Shown piece after piece: positions 24,319 through 36,899 of a stretch of 64,000 bases of DNA (positions are counted from its first letter, which is position 1; every line of letters begins with the position of its first letter). A program made the translations under genes and the position numbers. The DNA comes from Raillietiella orientalis (lineage: Eukaryota). The notes beneath the pieces were generated by a model. The model was not told the origin of the DNA. It searched no databases and saw only the letters and a program-made list of their open reading frames with translations. Where the stretch lies: positions 1,860,001 to 1,924,000 of the forward strand of contig JAYWIR010000025.1 of assembly GCA_036172245.1 (NCBI GenBank), written 5' to 3'.

Positions 24319-25073
24319 GCGTCGGAGGCCGTGTGGTTACGGTGGTCTCCGCGCGTGGCGCCACCATGCGTCGTGGGTTCGAATACTCCGAAGGAATCGA
24401 CGCAGTGCGTCGTGGGTTCAGAGTTCACCCCAAAAGATGACGCTGGTTGGCCTACATTCATCCGGGTGCGGCACTGGTAGCGGTTCAAACATGATGACCC
24501 CGATGAGGGCCGGGGTAAATGGGAGTCGATCTCCGGGTCCTTCTAGGGATCAAGGAGTGGGGAGTTCCCCCTCTGATTGTGAAGGAGCGGACCCCCCATT
24601 CCGGGGGACCCTTCGCTTCGTACTGATGGAGTAGATGTGTCGCCACCACCTCTCCAGAGAGTGCAGAGAGGCGAGACGATCCCTTCGGGGAAGCTGCGTC
24701 CTTCTGAATTTCGGAAGCGTCCCTTCTGGGTTCCCTCCAGAGGAGTAAAAACCCTTGCGGGGGATCCTTCCATAGAAGAAATTCCAGGATCGGATCCTTT
24801 CTGGGTTCCCTTCAGAGAAGAAAGAATGGAGCGGACCCCCTTGGGGGTCCTCCGGAGAGAATCAGGAAGGAGATTCCCTTCAAGGTTCCCCTTCGGAGAC
24901 AACCAGGGTGGAGGTCTGATCCAGCCGCCCTTTCCAGGGGGATCCCTTCCTCGGAGTGAGAGGAACGGACTCCGTGCCCTTCCTGGATTCATAGGGCGGA
25001 CCTCTCCCGGGGTGTCCCCTATCTTGAAGAATTACCCACCCTAGGGTGGCGTGGAACTGTGCCGAAGAACTGC
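24319..25073 (+). mobile_element. tRNA-derived SINE-like repeat, copy B
   Basis: A-box-like GAGGCCGTGTGGTTA (tRNA-Ser/Leu-like), B box GGGTTCGAAT at 24375-24384, and a second TGCGTCGTGGGTTC copy at 24406-24419. Colinear by eye with the reverse complements of copies A and C. Confidence 0.65.
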
Positions 25074-28000
25074 GGAGGTTTGCCACATGGATGCAAACGT
25101 TTCCGTGACGTAGACTTGGTACTTCTGTGGTTCGTGAACGCAAACACAGTCTTCCACAGTCTTGAAAGTTTCCTCACATCACGGCCCCCCATTCAGGGTC
25201 CACCTACTGCAGCAAACCGTGCACGAGAAGCTCACTCACACGTGCTTTTTAATGTGCTCGCTGGGAACATGTGCAGATTTCCGGCATGATTTTGCAGCGA
25301 AAAATTCCACCGCCGAGATTTATTCATATCAACAGGAAAAAGATTGCATCATGTGGTGCAATGCCGTAGTGAGCTCTGTGCAGCAATTAAGTCTTTGAAC
25401 TGAGGAATCAAGCACAAATCACCTGATGGAAAGCAATTAGAACAGACATACGTTCCACGTGTGTGTTTCTGAAACTGAAACTCTTGCTCTGCTGTCTTTT
25501 CTTGCCTCCATTCACACATGATGAGCGATGGAGTAATCATCTTCAAAATACACGATTCACCAGTGATCACAGTTTTCTAGAAGTAAAGCTTAAGGCTGCA
25601 AAGGATTTCGGACCAGACTCTAGATCCAATCTTTCCAAGATATAAGGCGCATTTTCGTTGCACGTGCGGCACGAAAGATATTCGTAAAGATCTCGTGGGT
25701 CCTTAGATAAATTCGAAGGAGATTATTTTTTCATGAGTAACTTCGGCTTAAGCCTTATTTCAATTAGCATAATCGTTTCGGAATCATCATGGCTAATCTG
25801 TGATTAAGACATCTGATGATTTTCGCTGAATACGTACACAAGGCACATGTGAGGTCGTTTATGATGGCATGAATGCAAAGAAACGCACCCCACCTCCCAG
25901 CACATCTATGTGCTGTACCCATAAGTAGGTTCATTTCTTGCGAACAGCTTCCCGCGTCCCATTTTACAAAGGTAGCCGAAAAAATCTCAGTTACAAGTGC
26001 CTCTGAAATCTGCTCCCCAAACCCCATCTGCCACCATTTCACTGTGAAAAGTCGGTCCACTTATCGTACTATTGAACTACCGCCGCAGTTTTGCTGCTTT
26101 CGTTAGAGTGAGCATCCTCTGTCGAAGCCACTGTACAAATACCGTACCCGAAATTGGAGTGAAACTGGAGAAGGTCACGAAGCCGATTTCCGCAGTGTCA
26201 AAGAAAGGCATAATGCTAAATCAGGTGATCGAATCGCTGAGCACTCGAGAATCTCAACCATTGAGTAACTGCTTCATCCACTGACTTGGTTTCCGAATCG
26301 TAATCTTCCAGTTTGGAAGCTCAGGTGGTTTCCAGAAGGTTCCTCCTTGCGTATGGACAAGAAACAAAGTTAAAGTACACATCTTAGCATGTGAACTTGA
26401 TCGAATACTAATAAAACACGTTCTTTAGTGCAGAGCACGTTGTTGATGGCACATTTACAGAATGCTCAAGCAGTGTGCAACTCTGTGGAATGTGCTAACT
26501 TGGACTATGTACAGTACATTTTTGAAATTTACCGGAAAAGCGCATACTATTTGCAAAAGTAGCTTTGATGGAATTCATGCAAAGAGGAGGAACAAAATTT
26601 CATTTCCGCTTTTGTGGAAGTGCAAGCTCAACTTTGATCCTTTCGTGAAAGAGCACGTCTTTATCTGGTGAAACGCCACGATGATGACCAAACACCAGTT
26701 TCATTCATTAATGCAAGCTACATCCATGAGAATAAATAAGAAGGGAAAAGGTAGAAATGGCGTCGCGCTACAAATAAGCATTCAAAGTCGCTGATTCCCG
26801 AAAGCAAGTTGTACTCCAACCTTCCTTGTCTCCACGGAACGATCTTTTCCTTTGCGTTTCCTTCCTCTTGAAACCCACGGGGCGTCCGAGTACTTCCCAC
26901 CTATAAAATAGATTACTTTGGTTCCTCGGAGTTCATTCGACTCCCTTGAAGATCGACCGAGGCATGCATGGCCGTACTCACCACGGCGAACCGTTTTTCC
27001 GGATACCACATAGGCGTCCGCGCGTGCAATCAGCTTCGATCTGCTAAGAAGCGGCGCCTGCATCTGCATTCCACAGTGGCCCACAATCAGATGAAGTGGA
27101 TACATCCCTTTCCGCACCATCGAGAAATCGGGCGAATTTTCAGTACGTAGCACAGGAACCGCCCTCTCTGCACTGCAAGCTTCACCGTCTTTTGCAACGA
27201 CTCCCGTTGCCGACCCGCATTTGCCGGTGTCCATCCCGCACCCTCGTAGAATTCACCTCAGAATGCCGTGAAGAACCAACCCAGTTGGATCAATCCCGAG
27301 TCACTTCTACCCCAGCTTGCTGTTCTTCGGTCACAGCGAGAGGACTGCATTCCGGAAGGTTTTTTTTCTGGCGGACACCGACTGGCGTCAAAGCAATACC
27401 GTTTCCTCCACGGAAAGAGTTCAGCCGTAGATGGCGTTTTTCAAGCAGCTTTCTGACCGCTGTTGTGGCGACTTCATCCTTCTCTCTATGCCACCAACTG
27501 ACTGCTTGCGTGCACTTTCCAAACCATCATTTTCTATACTCCACTGGCTTTTTTGCTGCCTGAGCATCTTTTTCGTTCGGAAAGCTCTCGGACCAGGTCC
27601 ACCGCCCCAAGATGAAAATTTCGCAATCAGCTGTTGAAGCCATGTACCGTCATCACCCGAACTCCCCACGAATTGAGTGGAAAGTGGGCTTTCTGCCTCA
27701 GGCCCTTAAACATTTCCATTCGTTCGTACTCGAATCGTGCACTACGGTGCGCTCTTGTTTGCGAAAACTACGCAACACCGCGGTGTGGCGGATGGATCCA
27801 TCACTTCGTCACCGAGTTGTGAACGCTTTTTTTCGCGACGCACCTTTTGGTGGTGTCAAATCGCTTCCAGTCCTTCAAAAGTCCTCGAATACGTTCCATG
27901 AAACGGTGTTTCCACGAAAAGTGGGCATTCCATGGTGCTGCGATACACTTGGTGTGACTTCCTCAATCAATATCAAGGATGGCTGGGAATATTTTAAGGG

Positions 28001-29469
28001 TTCTTTTCGGTTTTTATTCAGTTCCGATTCTTGTGCAGATCACGAGATCGGACGATACGAGGAATAGAAAATTAGCCAACAGGATAACATCCGGTTGCTC
28101 ATCTCCGAATGCAATTAACGAAAGTAAAACGGTGGACATGCAAGAAAAACGTTGTTTTGTTTCAGGAGCAAACTTAATGAGGGTTGCGAAATTTGCAATT
28201 TCGGCTGTTCAACCAGAGAGAGAGAGAGAGTAAGAGAGAGGACCGTCATCAAATTTTTTTTTTTTTTTTCAAAATGCAAATCTAACTGAGATTCATTCTC
28301 TGTTTTGCTAGAGCCCCAAACTCTCTTCATCCGCTGCGGAGGGGAAGGAAACTTTTAGATAGATGCCGTTGGTAATCTATAAATTATTCCAACTGTTTAT
28401 CCATCGATTACTAATAGTTGAGTACCCTGAACTCTCAGCGTTAACGAGAGGAAGCACCAATTAGATTTAAATACTAACCAGGAGCAATTCTGATTATTTA
28501 CCTCTGTATCAGGATTAGAAGACTGTTTTGGAAGCTGTAGTTTTCCAGATTTATTTCTGGATCGTATGTGTACTGTCCCTTCGTTACCTTGGTGCGAACT
28601 CTGAATCTCTTGTCGGTACGTGCAAAACGCGGAAATAAGAAATTCCGGAACGCATGGAAAACGAACTTTTTTCCCTTTGGAATCTCGAGAGACCTTAGGA
28701 TGACCCTCTGAGCTTTTGGACCCAGTCACTTCGGACATTTGCTTCAAAAAATAAACACACGCAAATAATGGTGCAAAAATGGAGGTCCTTTCCCCAACAA
28801 CTCTGCCTTTTCCGAAACGACGACGACAAGTCCATTTTGCAGATGGAAAGGAACCCGGAGATGCCCCGTATCGTCATCTAGTTCGTCTTCTCGCTTAGCC
28901 TGTGGGTGATGTCCCCGGTCGCTGCACGTCCAGTAGCGGTCACCCCTTCGAAGCTGGAGAGGTCGCGGCAGCACCGCAGTGCTGCTCGCTGCCCTCTCCT
29001 CTCGGTCTCCGGGATCATCCAGCCGATGTGCTGCTCACGTCAACCCAGCGCTTCAGGGACTCTTGCAGCTAGACCGAGTCCACTCGGCTTCTCCGAACGT
29101 TCCCATTCCCGACGAGTCTCTTCTCAGTGTACAGGCATGCGCGAAAATGATCGCGATTCCAGTGACCCTGCGAGGGTGCACCCGAGATGAAGAGGGATGG
29201 AGGGAGGCATGGAGCCAGAGAAAGAATCTCAAAAAAGGGATCTTTCCACGCACGGAGCTTTCAAGATACAAGTCAATGAAATCTGTTCGATTTTGGAAGA
29301 TGTATCGCGCCGGCTTGCCAGGAATCCTTGGGCGAACGAGGAGATGGCATGGAAATGGAATTTAGGATAGGCAAAAGGAGGTCAAATAGCGATGAATTTT
29401 TCCAGGAACCACAGTTTCAGCTCGCGGAGGATATGCAAGATAGGTGTGTTAAAACGAGCAGCACGGAAG

Positions 29470-30250
29470 AGTGCAATACCGTTGCAATAATACTCGACAA
29501 GAGAGAACTTTTGTAGGTAGCCATGTTTGGAGCAGATATCAAGAATCCTCAAGGGACATGGTAGTTTCCTTTATCCCAAGGGTATTTATTTCATTTGCGC
29601 AGTCAGAGGTCATTCTTCTTATGGTTGAGGTAAAGAAGGAGACGGAAGCCTCCTGCTTTTATATGTGGCAGTGTTTCCTCCCACGTACTGCATCTTCGGC
29701 ACAGTCTGTCTGTTTGAGGCCTTCTTTTAACACCTCGAATTGGCAGCTAGTTCAGCCTTGCTGCATGGATGAATCTCTAATCCGCGAACCTCGAGTAGCC
29801 TCCAGTCGTCAGGAAGCTGCTCGAGACCTGATGGAATCCCACGCATTTCAAGTTTCACCTTGGTCTGGATGCTCTTTTATAAGTAAAAGTCATGCTGACT
29901 TCTGCTGGACATTCCTCGGAATCGACGTTATCATTTGACTCGACTCGATGACCTTTGTGTAAAGAACCGAAGCAGCCGATGGAAGAAACGTTCCACTATG
30001 GAAATATTTCCAGGAGAGCCGAGAAAAAGAAATCCCTTATCTTTGATGATTCAAATCCAGAAAGAGCATGCAGGAGACGTGGAGAATCACGGACGCCACA
30101 AATCCCAGCCACATACCCGGCAGAAGCCAACACCCCATCTATCACGTGAGAGCAGGTGGTCGGAAGTCGCGCGGATCACTCTCTGGCTACTGTCGCGGAT
30201 GAATTCAGCGGATGGGGGAAGTTTGCCTTTGATGCTCCGACGTCATCTGT
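29470..30250 (+). mobile_element. Decayed gypsy-like integrase (Zn finger and start of core)
   Basis: 'SLIREPRVASSRQEAARDLMESHA...SKSHADFCWTFLGIDV' resembles the H2C2 region. It is followed by 'EPKQPMEETF...KKKSLIFDDSN', resembling P..PWE....D......LV.VD.YS. Confidence 0.4.
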
Positions 30251-32129
30251 GAGAGTAGAACCGAGGCCATTTAGGACTCACAGGCTCACGGGCTGCAAGA
30301 TGACCTGAGGTTTCGATGCATTCCTTGTTTGTCTGGAATGCCGACCTCCAGAAAAGAGTCTTTCTTGCTTCCTGCGCACTCGAATTCCAACGGAGCTGGT
30401 CGGGAGTAGCGGCGAGCTATGGGCGAGGCACTTCGAGACTGAATGTTGATAAAAGAAAGGACGTTACTTCTTCTGCTGGAACTGTCGTTCTGATGAGTTT
30501 TCAGTTTGGAAGCAGAATGGATGGGAACTTTCGAGGATTCAAAGAATCTCCTTGTATTTTTTTTTCTCCTGAGCCGCTGCAGTGGATTCTGCATCATCGG
30601 CTCACGAAGCCTCTCCCTGTCTCACTTCGGAACAAAGCACCATCACTGAGATGCTGGAATCGAGAACATCCAGGGAGATCTGAAGGGAGGAAGTCATCGA
30701 GCTTTTCATACCACGCTTTTTGCTGCTCATGATCGAGAATTTTCTCAAGCAATACTGCAGCATGCTAGCAGGGAGCTCTCAGCATCCTCGTCCTAGAGAC
30801 AAAGACCGAGTTCGGAAGGCTTCCTCGAGTGGTGGGCGCTCTTCTGTTGGATGTTCACGTGCCCGCACGTGAAGAATGAACACTGTCGTTGCTGCCCATC
30901 CCGGAAGCAAGACCGAATTCATCTGAGGTGATTTTCAACAGAATTAAGTGTTTCTCTGGAAAACCTAGCGCTTCCAAGAGCAAATAGTCAAACTCGAGTG
31001 AATCGATGAAAAAGAGAAGGTGGTGCAGCCACTTGATCTCGACTAGCCTCCCGGGTAGGACAAAACGCTTTCATAAGCAACTTGAGCGACCGTTTAGGCT
31101 ACAGGCTTGTCTTTGGAATCCGGGAGGCAAAAAAAAAACAAGAAAACAGCTCTTTCTCCTAACTGTGGAAGGCATGATGAGGAGAGTTGCAAAGCTTCCT
31201 CAACGAAAAAACAAGCCGGACCAGTTTTCAGTCCTTATCGTGGTTTTGTGGTAGCAAATCTGAAGGCTTACGGCAAGATGTCAAGATGCTCCAAGGATTA
31301 GTGGTGGAAATAGCTTTCGTGAAATCCTTCGGAATCTCTTCACAAGGAAGAAAAAAGAGCGGAACTCATCAAGCCATCCTGCAGATGGTTTCCCCATTCC
31401 CGAAGATGCCTGAACCTCCGAAACTTCCGTGTTTATCAGGAGCAGATCGGCCTTTCTCTTTGTCTCCTTGTTTAAAGAATTTAGATAGATTTTCTTTGGT
31501 TCCCTTGGAAAGACTCGTTTGACTGCCTCTCGATGACAGACAAGTCAGTGAAGAAACAGTCTCTGAGAATCGTTTCTTTTTGAATTTTGAGTTTGTCACC
31601 GGCTTTATGCTTAAGCCGAACAGAAGCTGCCGGTCCACGCGGGTGCTGCCCTTTGCGAAATTCGAAAAATTTGAATGCTCCTCACAGGAGCCTTCTACGG
31701 CTGGAGGAAAAGGAGCAATCTCATGCCCCTTCGGATCCTTAAGAGGAAGATATGAGTAGCCGGAGGGCTTCACTTGCATGCTACCGTCATGAACATCATC
31801 CTAGGACAGGATTTGAGAGGAAGAGGTCTCAAGAAAGCCATTATCGAGACCAGAGGAGACGAAAGAATGGCAAATCCTCGTATGCATTGGCGTACTTCAC
31901 AGATTATCAGCTTTCCATCTTGGAAAGGTGTCTTTCCCGAAAGGTCTATGGAAGCAGGACTGAAAAAGTCCTCGTTTTCCCTGTTTTCCTCCTTCGAAAG
32001 AAAATACCATGCTCGAAATCCTTCCAACTTTTAAAAAACAACTAAATGCAAGGCATCCGAAGAGATAAGAGAGAGAGAAGTGCAACGTTTTGATACGATA
32101 TCTCCGTCGGAATCTGAGGAACAGTCCCA

Positions 32130-33300
32130 GAACAGAATATCTTCCTGGTCGAGATTCTTCCTCGCCGGGGATGGTTGATTTTTCAGAAACAAAATGGGAG
32201 CTAGGAAGCAATCCAGTGTTTCTGTAAAAGGCAGGGAGGGTTTTCGCTATCGTGAAAGATGAAGTCTTGGGGCGCGGAAGCTCCAGCGTGGAGCTTGGGC
32301 ACCCAAGATGAGGATGTAAGGATCTTCGGTACAATCCTTGAGACTTGCCGGCTAAGTCGCGCGCGCCCTCGCTGGCAAACGCTGGCCAAGGACAACACCG
32401 ATCTGCATTCCACATCCTGAATAAGCGTGCTCCCATCGGTCACCTAGCACCGTGTGGGATCCGTTCATCTCCATCTGCATTCGCAAGAGAGCAGATGTTT
32501 GACTTTTCGGTATCTCACTCCTTAGGAGGTAACGCTTAGCAGATCTGCAGTTCCTTTCTGCAAAAACAGCGTCCCTTTCTAAGGCTGGGGCAGTTCTTTG
32601 AAGAACCTTTATTTCCGGTTCTACTTGTGTTGTGACACAGCTGATCGGCTTTCACGCCTCGGGCTGGCTGACAGCAACACGAGACCTCAGTGCGCAGCAG
32701 GTGCGACGTGGAGCCTCTTGTCCCTAAAAAGCTCTGGGAGTCGGATGCGTTGAAAGTGCTCTTCACGTAAAAATCAAGCTCGGAGGAGAACCACTTGCCG
32801 CACTACGCTGGATCCCAGCTTTCTTTTTTGTTATTTCGCACGCGTAGCAGGCGCATTTGCTGACTGCAGTGAGTCTGCTATTCCGTGCTGCGCTTAAAAT
32901 TCAGGTTTTTCCGAAAATGCAATCTGCGCCAAAGGCATTCGGAGTACTCGACCTCGACTCGGCCTGGTCAGATGCCAGCACCCGAACACGTTCCCAGCTT
33001 GGAGCTGAGGATGTCTGCACTTGAATGATTGGCGTCTAGCGTGCTCTTTTGAAACAAGGGCGGAACATCTTCTAAAAGATGTTTCACCAAGGTGTGTGCT
33101 CAGTAGGTCTCTGCCGCCATCCACTTGTGCAGGTTCGTGCCATCGTGCAAGACTCGCCTCCGGTTTACTCTTTTCCGTTTGACGTCATCTACGCCCATAC
33201 TTTAAGTGACGTTTTTTGCCAACGCACTGTTTCTTGCTCAGTTTGCTCTGTGCGATCAGATGCTTGCGCGGACAAACAAGAATTTGTAATTGGATGAAGG
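32130..33300 (+). mobile_element. Decayed Ty3/gypsy reverse transcriptase/RNase H fossil
   Basis: 'HRSAFHILNKRAPIGHLAPCGIRSSPSAFAREQMFDF' (ORF 32345-32539) resembles KTAF......YE...PFGL..SP.AF.R.M. It is preceded by a 'PGRDSSSP' stretch and followed by RNase H-like 'CSVGLCRHPLVQ...SPPVYSF'. Confidence 0.5.
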
Positions 33301-34355
33301 GACGCAGATCTTAATCTTTCCTCTGTCCTTTCGAGGTTGACGCGCAGCTATTGTGCTCAGGCCTGTCAACGGAAACCTTCCAATCTGTCTTCGCTTGCCA
33401 GAGAAACCTTTTATTGATTACTGACGTCGAAAATATTAGGCAGACCTTTTCAGACGCATTCAATACCTGATGGACTTTTATTTCGTTTCTTCCTTTTCAT
33501 CTTAGCGTCACGCAGAAGTCGAGTGGCTCTTTCAAACAGCCTTTGGAAAGTCGGTGATCGATGAGGAACGGACTGCATGGGATATCTGAGGAATGGTGCG
33601 GTCTGGCAATATGAATTAACATGAAACGTTCGATCATCCATTTTTCTTTTTTCTTGTAATTACCTTCCCTTGAATTCTTTTCGGCCGTCAGAAGCTCCTC
33701 CGAAGATCATCTTGTTCGCGTTCGAGCACTCTTCAGGATGGCAAGGCGCTTAGAAAGTCTTTTGATTTCTCCTTGGTATCGTGGAGTTTCGTGGAGACCT
33801 TCCTGATCGCCAGCCTTTCAGCAGGAAACCACACTCCATTCGAGAGGATTGTGGAAGAAATCCAGAAGCGTGTGCGATGTCAGCCTGAAATTATCGTCTC
33901 GTCTCGCAGTTTCTCTCTAATTTTCATCAGTAGTATCAACAAAAGATCTCCTTCAAGATCTCACGCCTCCCGTAATCCAGCTGATTGTTTCAGTTCGACC
34001 GTGGAGGGATCAGATGCGTCCTCTTTCTCTTGTGATTACAAATTCACACAAATCTGTCCCTTGTTTTATCTGGCGCTGCATACCCTGAAGTTATCGGGGC
34101 CCTCCAATTCCCAATGCATTTCTTTGTCTTCGAAAAAAAAAAAAAACTTTCGAAATTTGGGAAGATTTTCTTTATATATCAAAAATCCGTTCTTCTCCGT
34201 AACTGGGCAGTTGACCGTTCTGATCTCTGATGCTACAGTGTGGGAAAGCATAAGGATTTTGTGGAACAGTAAGCGCGTGCTAATTATGAATTCTATTGGA
34301 GAGAAGACAGTGGCCCCTGAAGCGTTCCAGTAGCAATAAGGGACACGTGTTGATG

Positions 34356-34374
34356 CACACACACACACACACAC
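34356..34374 (+). repeat. (CA)n microsatellite
   Basis: Read directly from the sequence. Confidence 0.9.
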
Positions 34375-35199
34375 AAAACTGGATAAGCGTCACTTCGGGT
34401 CAAATACAGCTTACCTGCAGTTATCGTTTCCAGGCATCTCATAAAATCCCTAATTCTTCTGAAGGGGAGTAAGTAGTCTTCTTAGATGTAACGTAAACAG
34501 TCGAAAACAGATCTCTTATGACACGTTTTTTTTTTTGTACAAGTAGCTTGCCAACTCAAAGATCATATTCAAGGCTTATATTTTTCTTGATAACCCATAC
34601 GGGGTCCTGAATTCTTCCAGTGTGGTCACTGGCCATTCGCTCATCGTTATTTTAGGGATTGCTGTAGGCTCTCTGGGTGAGTTCGGCCTTCCTCCTCCCC
34701 CCCTTTCCCTTCCTGGCTGCTGCAAGTTTCTTTGAAATGCTGACGCTCAAATACCAACCAAAGTCTGCTCGTGTGATCAGTTCTCAAAGTATCACAGCAT
34801 TTCTATTGGCTCTTGTTACCGCGGTTGATTGATACTCCTTGGCCGCATTGCAAGCTGTTCTCATCCTTCACTGCTACTGTTTGGTCTCATGCAGGTTATC
34901 AAGCCATGACTTTGAATCTGTTATCTTATCTCATAACTCAGATCAGCGTGCACCTGTCTTTTGGACGGCATCTCCGCTTGAAAAGTTCCAAAAGTGTGTG
35001 AGCGTTTCGTGCAGGCACAGCATCGAATGCCAACGAAATCGAAAATTTCGGGTGCTTTTATGTCAATATAAATTACATCACAAGATGTAATGGATTGCAA
35101 TTCGATGGAAGCGAAAACTCTATAGGCTCCTCAACTACTCGTAATGCAAATAAATGTGTATGTGTTTGTGTGACCGACATGTCCATAGTGCATCTGCAT

Positions 35200-35495
35200 G
35201 ATCCATATCTATACACCTACAGAAAATACGTATGTATACGTGTCCACACATGCCTACTAGTTATATTATATATGTATGTATGTATTTCTATAAACTATGT
35301 ACATATACATATAGTTTATAGATATATTTGCATCTATAAACTGGATACCGTCTATAATAGATATACTATCTATAAGCGTGATTAGGAAACTAGTAGGCCA
35401 TATGTATGTATATATAGATATATACTAGTTTCCTAATCACGTTCATAGATACATGCCTACTTGCTTACAGAAATATATATACAGTTTGTAGATAT
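35200..35495. repeat. AT-rich foldback region with nested perfect inverted repeats
   Basis: 19-bp perfect IR CGTGATTAGGAAACTAGTA at 35377-35395 / 35423-35441. 12-bp IR at 35287-35298 / 35311-35322. 11-bp IR at 35313-35323 / 35332-35342. Confidence 0.85.
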
Positions 35496-36361
35496 TTTTA
35501 CCAGGGCTTTAGGTATTCACGTAATGTTGGCTCCAAATCTGCCTCCTTAAGATGAGATTGCTTAGTAAATCACGTAAAATTTCCGGCTTGTCATGTCACA
35601 CATTAGGGAAGATCTTGTGCCAAAGGGAACGAAATTTGACGTCACAGGGAACGGAGTTCATGCGTGCTTGTAGTGAGCAGGCACAGTGAACATTCATTTG
35701 TATTCCTGCACATCCTTTGGCTTGCTAGGATACAGTTCTTTTTATGTAAAGGACAGCCATTTTGAGGATATGCTCTTGTGTGTTCCTTACCGATTATTGT
35801 GTGAATTAATGTGAAGGATAATTGAAAGACATCACAGAAGAGGAGCATTGCAAATGGTATCATTCGCATGCATGGCCCAAGGAAATGCGGATATCCGCGT
35901 CCGTGGTGTCTGCACAGATAACGAAGATCGGAGTGAAACAAGAACGAGACGAACTCCGAATGGAAGACGCAGAACAGAAAGTTGTTGGCAACGCTTGCTG
36001 TTCTTGATTGCTATGTAAATCTTAGACCACCTCCGTATGAGAATCTCCTACGATTTAACAAGGAATTAAGTTAATGGGACATTTAGCGATAAAAGACGGT
36101 GCTATTCCAACAGACATTGGCGCAAAGAGGCAGTTTACCGAGATCACGAATTTCAGGAAAGAGGAAATCAATACCTCTCGATGAATTGGGAGTGGAAGAT
36201 AATTCTTCTAGAGAATGTGGCGGCTGTTACTGGTGAGACAAGTAGTGTAGGAGGTTTTCTAATGTGGCAAGGTATTCGTGATCTTGACCCCGAAGGTCAA
36301 AACCCGCCCTTGCGTCATAAAAACTGTTCTGAATGAAGCTGACCGAAAAAGTTCCTGTATC

Positions 36362-36466
36362 TTACACGCTTCGGCTGTACATGTACTGAAATTGGAACGA
36401 TACAGAGAAGATTAGCATGGCCCCTGCGCAAGGATGACACGCAAAATCGTGAAGCGTTCCACATTT
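36362..36466 (+). ncRNA. U6: U6 spliceosomal snRNA, full-length copy; probably a retroposed pseudogene
   Basis: Near-identical to metazoan U6: 5' stem-loop with TTCG, ACAGAGA box (36402-36408), AGC triad, ISL, and 3' GCAAAATCGTGAAGCGTTCCACATTT. It ends in only TTT, then an A-tail (36468-36485), and is flanked by a 13/16 direct repeat. No TATA at -30. Confidence 0.95.
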
Positions 36467-36899
36467 GAAAAGAAAAAAAAAAAAAGTTCTAGTAACCGAT
36501 GTCCACTGGCCCATTCTCTGGACATGCTTCTTTTCTAAGTAATTTCTCCTTCCTGTCCACTGGTAATGATCTGAGGAGGTACTTGCGGCATGCTCTGTAC
36601 TGTAGCAGTGCTGGAAGGGCATTTCGGCTCTTTACCGTCTCGAGAATAGGAAACTGAAAATCTCTCAAAGGCTAGAGGTTCTATTTTTTTATTTTCTCTA
36701 TTATTCATACCTCTAGTAATTTATGAGGCAACATGCAAACTTTAAATGACGAAGGCTACTAAATGTGTGTGCGTGTGTTTTAGGTTTTTGTTCTCTTCAC
36801 AAAACTTCTAGTTGGTTTTAAAATCTTGCTTTCTCCACACTTCTGATACACGTCTTATCTCTGTCCACAGACTACAGGAAGAACCGATTCGTTACTTTG

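Noticed and set aside
26970..27960. Possible Tc1 transposase on the minus strand (NSPD, RTGS motifs)
   Set aside because: The motifs are short and their spacing does not fit DD34E; no TIRs were seen.
28860..29090. Mariner-like 'LRCCRDL...ATGDITH' on the minus strand
   Set aside because: Too degenerate to distinguish from chance without a profile search.
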